A program made the position numbers and the translations under genes. Positions 56,583 through 64,000 of a stretch of 64,000 nt of DNA are shown piece after piece. The stretch's first letter is position 1. Every line of letters starts with the position of its first letter. The stretch is from an uncultured Sulfolobales archaeon (lineage in GTDB: Archaea > Thermoproteota > Thermoprotei_A > Sulfolobales > NBVN01): assembly GCA_938045815.1 (NCBI GenBank), contig CALIBI010000022.1:8034-72033 (forward strand), written 5' to 3'. The notes beneath the pieces are model-generated. The model was not told where the DNA came from, ran no database searches, and saw nothing but the letters and a program-made list of their open reading frames with translations.

Positions 56583-56840
56583 ATGGAACTTGATGTCAGA
56601 AGGACTAAAACCCTCACACTGAGGGTGCCTACAGGAATCAACGACTTACTTGAAAGAGCTTACAGAGACTTAGGCTACTCAACTAAGAGTGACTTCATAA
56701 GAGAAGCTGTGAGAGAATACATAGACGAAGTTCTCAGAAAATCCACACATAATATCAACCTAGATAGTGAGAAAGTAAGGATGAGTAGTAAACCTAAAAC
56801 TCACCAAATCAAGAATACTAGGTTACTCTTAATACGTTAA
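56583..56840 (+). CDS. Ribbon-helix-helix (CopG/Arc/MetJ-type) DNA-binding protein
   Basis: 'KTLTLRVPTGINDLLERAYRDLGYSTKSDFIREAVREYI' shows the beta-alpha-alpha pattern. The ORF track start at 56562 lies inside the TATA-like element, so I prefer 56583. Confidence 0.65.
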   Translation: MELDVRRTKTLTLRVPTGINDLLERAYRDLGYSTKSDFIREAVREYIDEVLRKSTHNINLDSEKVRMSSKPKTHQIKNTRLLLIR

Positions 56841-56990
56841 GAGAAACCTCAGGAAACTCATATATTCATAAAAAATCGTTTCTCACAAGCTCTTTCCGCA
56901 CAGAACCCTTACCTTCATAAATAGAGTATCAACGCTTTCTACTTAAAGCTTTAAAAACTAGTCTGAAAATCTTAGTGGTGTTAAGGAAGT

Positions 56991-57509
56991 ATGTTTAGGA
57001 ATGCCTTGAGAGTAGTTGAAGAAGCTCAGAAAACTTACGATGAAATGAGGGCTGGGGAACTCTCCGAATTAAGTAGAGTAGGGATTATTAGTGCTACCTT
57101 AGTGAGTGAAGTACTCGCTAAAATGAAGTCTCTGATATCTACACTCTCAACGATTGAGTCTACCTTAGAGAGCCAGAAACCCGCAATAATCAAGTTGTGT
57201 GAGGGTCTTACTTACGTTAGCGATAATCAGGTAACTTCAGTAATTCATAAAACGCCACTCACTATAATCTCATACAATAGTGAGGAGAACAAAATATCAG
57301 TAAGCAACAAACAATTAAGCTTAAGTCTGAAAGAAAGAACCCTAGAAATAAGGTTTAGAAATCACAAGTCAAGTCTAGACATACTCGCTAAGGAAGACTT
57401 AGAAAAGCACGCTAACTTAATTAAGGCGCTGGCGTCAGAGAAGCTAGAATTAATCAACTATGCTATATCGATAGTAGAATCCTGCAGGAAGAGAATAGGT
57501 TTAAGGTGA
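56991..57509 (+). CDS. Hypothetical protein (172 aa, helical N- and C-termini)
   Basis: ORF with protein-like composition. No motif recognised. Confidence 0.45.
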   Translation: MFRNALRVVEEAQKTYDEMRAGELSELSRVGIISATLVSEVLAKMKSLISTLSTIESTLESQKPAIIKLCEGLTYVSDNQVTSVIHKTPLTIISYNSEENKISVSNKQLSLSLKERTLEIRFRNHKSSLDILAKEDLEKHANLIKALASEKLELINYAISIVESCRKRIGLR

Positions 57510-57521
57510 GGCATCTAATCT

Positions 57522-58280
57522 TTAGAAGGAATGCTGTAAGTATCTAGTAATCTCGGTTACCCTACTATAAGCTCTCGTCTTTTTTATTATTAACGTATTG
57601 CCTACCCCTAAAGAAAGTAGAGAGTCTAACGGTACATTACCTAAGTATCTGATCTTAAACTCTCTACATAAATTAATCACTAAATCCGTAGGGTTTTCAC
57701 TCATGTTTTCTATTAGTCCAATTACGGGAGTTTCAGTCTCCTTAAGTATTGTTAAGAGTGACTTCACAGGATTTATTGAGAGTATGTGTGGTGTTGTTAT
57801 TATTAGTGGTTTTGCTTTCCCAAAGTTATTAATTATTTCCAGATGCACGTCGCTCATGCCAGGCGGTGTGTCTATTATGAGGTAATCTAGATTACCCCAA
57901 ATAGTTACAGCTAAGATTTCTCTAACTACCTCAGTTATTTCAGATCCTCTTAGTGGTAATGGTTTTCCTTTTGTATAGTATGCGATACTCATTACCTTAA
58001 TTCCGTGAACCTCGGGAGGTATGACTCCTTTATCCTCTAGTGGCTTCTCATTCAGGGTCAGGTTTAGAGCCACGTGTATTGAGGGATTAGTTATGTCCAG
58101 GTCTAACACACCTACGCTAGAGTTATTCTCAGCTATTGCTAGAGCTATCAAAGTTGAAAGAACAGTCTTACCTACACCACCCTTAGGACTCATTACAGGA
58201 ATTACGTTAGTGATGTTAGCAAGTCTCTCCTTAATGAGTAGTCTTCTCGGATCCTTACTATGGTGACCTAAGCTACTCAC
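57522..58280 (-). CDS. Mrp/MinD-family P-loop ATPase; candidate ATPase-type HypB
   Basis: Deviant Walker A 'SPKGGVGKT', 'IIDTPPG', 'GLIENMS'. 4-nt overlap with the upstream hypA. Confidence 0.75.
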   Translation of the reverse strand: MSSLGHHSKDPRRLLIKERLANITNVIPVMSPKGGVGKTVLSTLIALAIAENNSSVGVLDLDITNPSIHVALNLTLNEKPLEDKGVIPPEVHGIKVMSIAYYTKGKPLPLRGSEITEVVREILAVTIWGNLDYLIIDTPPGMSDVHLEIINNFGKAKPLIITTPHILSINPVKSLLTILKETETPVIGLIENMSENPTDLVINLCREFKIRYLGNVPLDSLLSLGVGNTLIIKKTRAYSRVTEITRYLQHSF

Positions 58281-58672
58281 TCAATAATCACCTCAACTAT
58301 CTCTACACCCCTACCCTCAACAACCTCAAAGTCTCTTGAGCCACACTTAGGGCATGATACGTAAGCATGTATCGCCTCAGGTATGAAGTGGACAGCCTCC
58401 CTATCCTCATCGTCAAGACTTACTTCACTAAAACCCCAAGAATACCCGCACTTCCTGCACTGGAATCTAGCAGGTCTCCTAACAAAGATTACGGAATCCT
58501 CACTAAGCTCATAACCTTTAGTTTTCATTAACTCCGTTAACGCGAATTTAAGAATTTCTTCATCAATAGACTGCAACTCACCAAGCCCGATTTTAACACT
58601 CTTAAGTTTTCTGTCACCCACAACATTGCTTAAGTACCTAACTATGCCCTCAGCTAAAGCCCACTCATGCAC
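58277..58672 (-). CDS. hypA: Hydrogenase nickel incorporation protein HypA
   Basis: GTG start. 'MHEWALAEGIV' with Zn site 'CRKCG...CPKCGS'. Confidence 0.9.
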   Translation of the reverse strand: MHEWALAEGIVRYLSNVVGDRKLKSVKIGLGELQSIDEEILKFALTELMKTKGYELSEDSVIFVRRPARFQCRKCGYSWGFSEVSLDDEDREAVHFIPEAIHAYVSCPKCGSRDFEVVEGRGVEIVEVIIE

Positions 58673-58792
58673 TACTCACACCACCAACAAATGATTTGGT
58701 CGAGGATTTAATAATACTACGGAAAAGAAAAATGTATTCTCATCATAACTGAGAGCCTAACTCTTCATGATCAGGAATATGAAGACCTAAAC

Positions 58793-60109
58793 CTACAAGA
58801 CCTTAACGAGAAGTCTTGACTTAAGTCTCACGTAAATTAAGTAAGACATGAGGAGCCGTCCATACATGTCGGTTATTTGCGTAAACCAGACACCGTAAAC
58901 ACCGTAAATTGGTTGGAGTGTCTGAGCTAATGCAGCTCTAAACAACAGTATGGTGGCTGAACTTATCGCGAGCGGTACCCAGGTGCTCCCCATACCTCTG
59001 AATATGCCGTAGAACGCTTGTGATGCTCCAAGCCCGATCTCTGATATAGCAGCCATAATTAAGTAAGTCGTAACTAGCTTAATCACTTCCTCACTACTCG
59101 TGAAGAAAGCTCCAACAAACGGTGATAAACCAATAAGCACTGCTGTAGCGACAGACATCCAAACAACGCCTAGCTTCACTGCTTCTTTAGTTACCCTGTC
59201 TAAATTCCCAACGTTATTAGCGCCTACGTGGTGTCCAGCCTTAGTGGAAGCAGCTATGTTTACTGCGAAGATAGGACCTATGATTAAGTTCTCTATGCTC
59301 AGCCCTATATTATGAGCCGCTAAAGCATTAATTCCTGACCTAGCGACTGCATTTATGTATATGTTGTGTCCGGCGCTCCCAACAAACCTTTCTACGGAAG
59401 CAGGAATCCCTACTGCTAACATCTTGGCTGTTATTTTTGACGGGACGTACATTTTTATTTTGACCGGAGGTCTTAGAAAAACATACACGAGTAAGCCGGC
59501 GTACTGTGAAATCGCTGAAGCTAGACCCATGCCGGAAACCCCGAGTCTCGGTAATCCTAAGTAACCTAGTGTAAGAGATGGTACGAGAACAGAACTAACT
59601 ACACCGACGCTAATAGATGAGTAGGTGGGGGGCCACGGCTTCTCAACAGCCCTAAATAATGTAGCTATTACTGAGTTAAGCATTAATGCTGGTATAGAAA
59701 GAATTCTTGAACTTAGGTAAACCATAGCAACCACACTAACTATTTCTTGCCCTCCTGAAAGCAAGCTTATGTAGGTATGTAGCCAGAAGGGTGAGGTTAC
59801 GATCACCGCAATCGAGAAAAGAGTTGATGCAGTAACAGCTTCACCGAAAGCTTTCTCAATTAGTCTTATGTTGTTACCTCCGTAAGCTTGAGAAGCGATT
59901 ACTAGTAAGCCAACCATGAAAACCGAAGTCACGGCGTTTATTATCATGAACAAATATGATGCGAGTCCGGTGCCTGCTAAAGCTTCCGTACCGATTCTTG
60001 ATGCTGTAATCATCCCGACAAGACTCACTATCGAGTCTGGGATCATGCTCATAAGTATCGGGAAAGCTATTTTAGAGACTTCTCCTTTCCAGTTCAAGAA
60101 CCTAATCAC
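58793..60109 (-). CDS. MATE/MOP-superfamily transporter
   Basis: GTG start. 438 aa with about 12 TM helices in two homologous halves, a typical MATE layout. Confidence 0.75.
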   Translation of the reverse strand: MIRFLNWKGEVSKIAFPILMSMIPDSIVSLVGMITASRIGTEALAGTGLASYLFMIINAVTSVFMVGLLVIASQAYGGNNIRLIEKAFGEAVTASTLFSIAVIVTSPFWLHTYISLLSGGQEIVSVVAMVYLSSRILSIPALMLNSVIATLFRAVEKPWPPTYSSISVGVVSSVLVPSLTLGYLGLPRLGVSGMGLASAISQYAGLLVYVFLRPPVKIKMYVPSKITAKMLAVGIPASVERFVGSAGHNIYINAVARSGINALAAHNIGLSIENLIIGPIFAVNIAASTKAGHHVGANNVGNLDRVTKEAVKLGVVWMSVATAVLIGLSPFVGAFFTSSEEVIKLVTTYLIMAAISEIGLGASQAFYGIFRGMGSTWVPLAISSATILLFRAALAQTLQPIYGVYGVWFTQITDMYGRLLMSYLIYVRLKSRLLVKVL

Positions 60110-60125
60110 TTAACTTACAGCTCTG

Positions 60126-61250
60126 TTAGTAATGTATGAAGTTCTCAGCCCATATCTTGCAAGTACCTTCTGAACTAACCATGCAAGGTCCGTAAGGATT
60201 CTCAGGTGTACAAGACTTCATGAAGAGAGGGCATGAAGTAGGTTTTATCTTGCCTAGCGTTACCTCACCACACCTGCATCCAGGCAGGACATCACTAAAG
60301 TCAGGTTTTTCTTTTATACCGTATCTCAGTGATGCGTCGTAATCTCTAAACTTATCTCTGAGCAGCGCACCGCTAGAAGGAACCACACCTATGCCCCTCC
60401 AGTAAGAATCAGTAATCTCGAAGACTTCGTTAATTATTTTCTTAGCTCTAAGGCTACCTTCAGGCTTAACGACTCGAGCGTATTCATTAATTAGTGCTGA
60501 CTTACCCTCAACCTTACACTTAAGTATCGTAAGTATAGCTAGAAGAACATCAACAGGTTCGAAGCCAGAGACTACGGTAGGTATGTTATAGTCTCTCGCT
60601 AAGAACTCCCACGCGTTATACCCTATCACAGCCGAGACATGTCCTGGAGCTATAACACCATCTATCCTTACCTCACGCACGTTTTCTAGCAAGTACCTCA
60701 TGATTGGTGGTGTGAGCCTGTATGCACTTAAGACTGTTAGGTTATTGGGGATTAATCTACCATACGCGGGTTCAGCTACGGCAGGCATTGTAGTCTCGAA
60801 TCCCACAGCAAAGAAAACATGTTCCTCGTTCCTCCTCTTATTAGCTTCCTTAATCGCGTCCAGGAAGCTATAAACTACCGTGACTTTACCTCCCAACATC
60901 TTGGCTTCAGCTAAACTCCTCGGTTTAGCTCCCTTAATTGACGGTAGCTTGAAAGAGTCGCCGTACGTGAAAATATTGATTCCTTCGAGAGATAACTTAA
61001 CCAGTCCTTCAACGTAGTGACCAGGAGTAACACACACCGGACAACCAGGACCCGCAACTAACTCTACATTCTCAGGCATCAGACTCCTCAAACCGTAGCT
61101 TGTTATGGTCCACTCATGAGTGCCGCAAAAATCCATCACCTTAACTACCTCCCCACCGAGGCGTTTAGCTAACTCTCTTATCAACTCAACTATCTTGGGT
61201 GTCTCAGGGTTCTTGATGAAGAGCTCTCTTAACCTAGTTCTTAACTCCAT
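60126..61250 (-). CDS. hypD: Hydrogenase maturation protein HypD
   Basis: 'FCGTHEW', 'GPGCPVCVTP', 'GFETT', 'PGHVSAV'. GGTGA lies 4 nt upstream of the ATG. Confidence 0.95.
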   Translation of the reverse strand: MELRTRLRELFIKNPETPKIVELIRELAKRLGGEVVKVMDFCGTHEWTITSYGLRSLMPENVELVAGPGCPVCVTPGHYVEGLVKLSLEGINIFTYGDSFKLPSIKGAKPRSLAEAKMLGGKVTVVYSFLDAIKEANKRRNEEHVFFAVGFETTMPAVAEPAYGRLIPNNLTVLSAYRLTPPIMRYLLENVREVRIDGVIAPGHVSAVIGYNAWEFLARDYNIPTVVSGFEPVDVLLAILTILKCKVEGKSALINEYARVVKPEGSLRAKKIINEVFEITDSYWRGIGVVPSSGALLRDKFRDYDASLRYGIKEKPDFSDVLPGCRCGEVTLGKIKPTSCPLFMKSCTPENPYGPCMVSSEGTCKIWAENFIHY

Positions 61251-61269
61251 TCAATCACCAAGTGATATC

Positions 61270-62763
61270 TCACCTTAAGTAAATATTAATTAAAGCGTTC
61301 TCGTCAGGCTTCTCCAGTTTAAAAGACACTATATCTTTATAGCTCCTTAAGTCTATTTTATTTACTCCACTATTCAGCTCGAGTTTTTCAGAGCCGTAAT
61401 TTAGTGGCGGTAAACCGATGTCATAGATATTAATGAGTATCTCGTTAGGTTTGCTACTTCTCACGACTAACTCAGCTTCTTTAAAGCCTGTGAGTGGTAT
61501 GCCTCCAAAGCAAGCGTTACTTACCGCCCAACCAGGCACTCTAATAGTTAACGGCGGATTATTACTGCTTACTAGAGCATACTCATCCACTGACATAATC
61601 CCTCTCACACCACCATCTATAGGTGTTGAGTCCTTACCACCGAGATTAGGAGTAGTGTTATATGCAATGAGTACTCTGCTTCCCGCCTTAGTCATACTAG
61701 TTATTCTGGCTCCGAAGACTGCTACTATTCTTGCTTGAGGAGGTGTTATGTAAACTAACGTTGTGGGCGCCACCACATTGTTGTAATACTTCCTAAGATT
61801 TACTTCCTCAACATCATCTTTATGCGGGTGTATGAATCCGTGGGTGCTCGCGTTAAATACTGCCAGTATCCCGCCACCTAGGTTAAGCGCGTTACTTCTG
61901 TGTGGTGCGTAGACATTCATACCAAAATCAAATAGCCTCACAAAGACGGGTTCCTCGACTTCAGGCTCTACAGGATTCCCAACTAAAATACCCCCTCTCA
62001 TGAAGTGCCAGTACCTAGTGTAGGCACTTACCGCATAACCAGACGTTCTGTACGAGACTCCGTAACTATCTAACGACGCCTTAGCCCAGTCTCTTATCTC
62101 GTGTCTTACCCACACCCTCCTAACTAAATCTAAGCACTGAATACCATCAATCCCTCTCATCCAGTCAGGCTGCATATCAAAGCACGCGTAATCAAGATAT
62201 AGTGAGCCCTTAAGCGCCGGCACCCCACTCAACTTATTAAAAACTCTTCCATCCCTGCTCAACTCATAAACGCCGAGGTTTTCCATACCGTCTGCTCTTC
62301 CTATGAGTAGGACGTCCCTCACGGGATCGTAAATTATTTGAGATACTTCCCCAGCCCACCTAAACTCATCATGAATACTTTCCTTCCAAATCAGCCTCAC
62401 ATTCTTTTCTTTTACGTCATATACGTGAACATGACTATACTTATTCCTGAAATCTATCTCGCCAGCATGGTTTTTCTTACCCTTAAAAACTGCGGGGTTA
62501 TGGACCCAACCCCCAAAGTAAATCTTATCATCAACTACGTCCACGGCATTGTAGGTATCCCCTCCAGATGCGGGGCCTGGACCTAACTCACTAAATCTGT
62601 ACTCTACTACCTCATCATCAACAAAGTATGCTGAAGCCTCAAAAGCGAGCGTGTAATAAAGCACTCCTTTAAAATACTTAAGACCGAAGATCCCCCCACT
62701 ACCCCACTCAGGACCATACCTTGGTGGGTACTCCTGGAGTACTCTATCTATCTTACTCACCAT
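61270..62763 (-). CDS. Hypothetical protein (497 aa), likely beta-rich/propeller-like
   Basis: Long ORF directly upstream of hypD and SD-coupled to it. Repeated beta-strand-like segments ('KIYFGGWVHNP', 'LLIGRADGMENLGVYEL'). No family recognised. Confidence 0.6.
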   Translation of the reverse strand: MVSKIDRVLQEYPPRYGPEWGSGGIFGLKYFKGVLYYTLAFEASAYFVDDEVVEYRFSELGPGPASGGDTYNAVDVVDDKIYFGGWVHNPAVFKGKKNHAGEIDFRNKYSHVHVYDVKEKNVRLIWKESIHDEFRWAGEVSQIIYDPVRDVLLIGRADGMENLGVYELSRDGRVFNKLSGVPALKGSLYLDYACFDMQPDWMRGIDGIQCLDLVRRVWVRHEIRDWAKASLDSYGVSYRTSGYAVSAYTRYWHFMRGGILVGNPVEPEVEEPVFVRLFDFGMNVYAPHRSNALNLGGGILAVFNASTHGFIHPHKDDVEEVNLRKYYNNVVAPTTLVYITPPQARIVAVFGARITSMTKAGSRVLIAYNTTPNLGGKDSTPIDGGVRGIMSVDEYALVSSNNPPLTIRVPGWAVSNACFGGIPLTGFKEAELVVRSSKPNEILINIYDIGLPPLNYGSEKLELNSGVNKIDLRSYKDIVSFKLEKPDENALINIYLR

Positions 62764-62834
62764 TAAGCACCTCAGTTAATTACATCGCTAATTAATTTTA
62801 ATCTAATCTTTACGCTATATATTTGGTGGACTGA

Positions 62835-63383
62835 GTGAGCAGCTTGAAGTTTAGGGAAGTAGGTCCTGAAAACAAGCACGGCATCTACAAGTACTTGAAG
62901 AATGAGGATATGTGGGTTTGTTTAGATACGGAGGGGTTAGATCCCTTCATACCTAGAGATAAGTACGCAGTTATGTATTTCGATAATGCTAAGTGTCATG
63001 CGTGTAGGAGGTACGACATATATTGGTTTCCCTTCGTAAGGAATTTAAGTAACGAGAGTAGTGAGTTTAGTTTTTATGTAGTTCTTTGTAGTTGGTTTGC
63101 CAGAGATTGTGAGTCGTTAGTTGCTTCAGCTACTTTTACGTACTTTGATGTTCACTCATCTCCTACGACAGTTCTCTTGAGCTGGATGGATGATAAGGTA
63201 GTCTATAAAGAGAAATACGATGGTGTCTTAAGTGACATAGACTTAAAAACTATTGTTCCTTCATTCCCGGAGAGAGTCAATAAGTTTTTGAGGGGGGAGT
63301 CTGTGAGGCTTCCGTTAAGCAAGGAAGATACAATCATAAGTCTCCTGAGTAAGTTGTTGAAGAAAGGAGCTGATCTTCAGTAG
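62835..63383 (+). CDS. Thioredoxin-fold-like CxxC protein (hypothetical)
   Basis: GTG start. 'AVMYFDNAKCHACRRY' plus cis-Pro-like 'SSPTTVLL'. The stop lies 2 nt before the sufS start. Confidence 0.5.
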   Translation: MSSLKFREVGPENKHGIYKYLKNEDMWVCLDTEGLDPFIPRDKYAVMYFDNAKCHACRRYDIYWFPFVRNLSNESSEFSFYVVLCSWFARDCESLVASATFTYFDVHSSPTTVLLSWMDDKVVYKEKYDGVLSDIDLKTIVPSFPERVNKFLRGESVRLPLSKEDTIISLLSKLLKKGADLQ

Positions 63384-63385
63384 GG

Positions 63386-64000
63386 GTGTTTGACTTGCTA
63401 GATGTCGAGAAGATTAGGGAGGATTTCCCTATTCTTAAGCGTAAAATTAACGGGAAAAGACTCATATACTTAGATAACGCAGCCACTACTCAGAAGCCGA
63501 GGCAGGTCGTAGCAGCTATAGTTAAGTTTTATTTCAACTACAATGCTAATGTTCATAGAGGTTTTCATACGCTCTCTCAAGAGGCTAGTCAAGCTTATGA
63601 GGAAGCACATGAAGTCTTGGCTAAGTTTATAAATGCTTACTCCTGGGAGGAAATAATTGATGTATCTAACACCACCGATGGGTTAAACCTAATTGCTTGG
63701 GGTTGGGGATTAAATAATCTGCAACCTAATGACGAGATAGTTGTTACCGTTATGGATCATCACAGCAACATGCTCCCATGGAGAGCTGTTGCTGAGAAGA
63801 CTAATGCTAAGGTTAAGTACGTGGATATAACGGAGGAGGGAACACTCAATTACGACGAGCTTGAGAGAATTATTAGTGAGAAAACTAAAGTAATTGCTTT
63901 CCCGATGGCAAGCAACGTTGTTGGAACAATAAATGATGTAAGAAGGATAGCTAGATTAGCTCATTCAGTAGGGGCTATAGCAGTGGGGGACGGGGCGCAG
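63386..64000 (+). CDS. sufS: Cysteine desulfurase, SufS/CsdA class (3' partial, runs off the window)
   Basis: Not in the ORF track because no stop falls in the window. GTG at 63386; 'DFPIL...IYLDNAATTQKP', 'NVHRGFHTLSQ', 'MDHHSNMLPW'. Confidence 0.9.
   Translation, partial: MFDLLDVEKIREDFPILKRKINGKRLIYLDNAATTQKPRQVVAAIVKFYFNYNANVHRGFHTLSQEASQAYEEAHEVLAKFINAYSWEEIIDVSNTTDGLNLIAWGWGLNNLQPNDEIVVTVMDHHSNMLPWRAVAEKTNAKVKYVDITEEGTLNYDELERIISEKTKVIAFPMASNVVGTINDVRRIARLAHSVGAIAVGDGAQ

Noticed and set aside
1-64000. Search for CRISPR arrays, tandem or interspersed repeats, IS elements, integrases, rRNA genes, tRNA introns and att-like partial tRNA duplicates
   Set aside because: Reading the intergenic regions and ORF translations turned up none. 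There are no regularly spaced direct repeats, no transposase, integrase or Cas-like proteins, and both tRNAs fold without introns. A computational repeat search would still be needed to exclude short dispersed repeats.

Overview
This window looks like a dense (roughly 90% coding) chromosomal segment from a hyperthermophilic archaeon, most consistent with a crenarchaeote (Thermoprotei, possibly Desulfurococcales-like). Supporting markers are reverse gyrase, Hel308, a two-subunit archaeal PheRS, ribosomal protein L38e, a canonical C/D box sRNA, GGTGA-type internal Shine-Dalgarno sites and many 4-nt start/stop overlaps. I support about 60 protein genes, 2 tRNAs, 1 C/D sRNA and 1 decayed pseudogene. 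Most genes are housekeeping or central metabolism: AdoHcy hydrolase, PPDK, GlmS, thiolase/DUF35, ADP-forming acetyl-CoA synthetase alpha, MoaB/MoeA, SurE, TrxR, RpiA, class II LysRS, ThrC, MeaB, a proline-dehydrogenase-like four-subunit flavoenzyme, HypA/HypB-type/HypD, and SufS. I found no CRISPR array, rRNA, transposase, integrase or recognisable defence gene, so I regard this as mostly an ordinary core region and score the findings modestly. The best leads are: (1) a shortened, apparently catalytically degenerate HMG-CoA-synthase-like protein translationally coupled to a thiolase/DUF35 pair; (2) an aminotransferase-SerA-ParB-like (candidate ADP-dependent serine kinase) operon; (3) a hyp gene string that includes a MATE transporter and a 497-aa unknown protein SD-coupled to hypD; (4) a textbook C/D box sRNA with its own promoter; (5) a decay zone between two tRNA genes holding a frameshifted and deleted ilvE pseudogene plus about 700 bp of non-coding DNA; (6) two thioredoxin-fold CxxC proteins in unusual contexts. 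All family calls come from reading motifs by eye and from memory. No database search was run.
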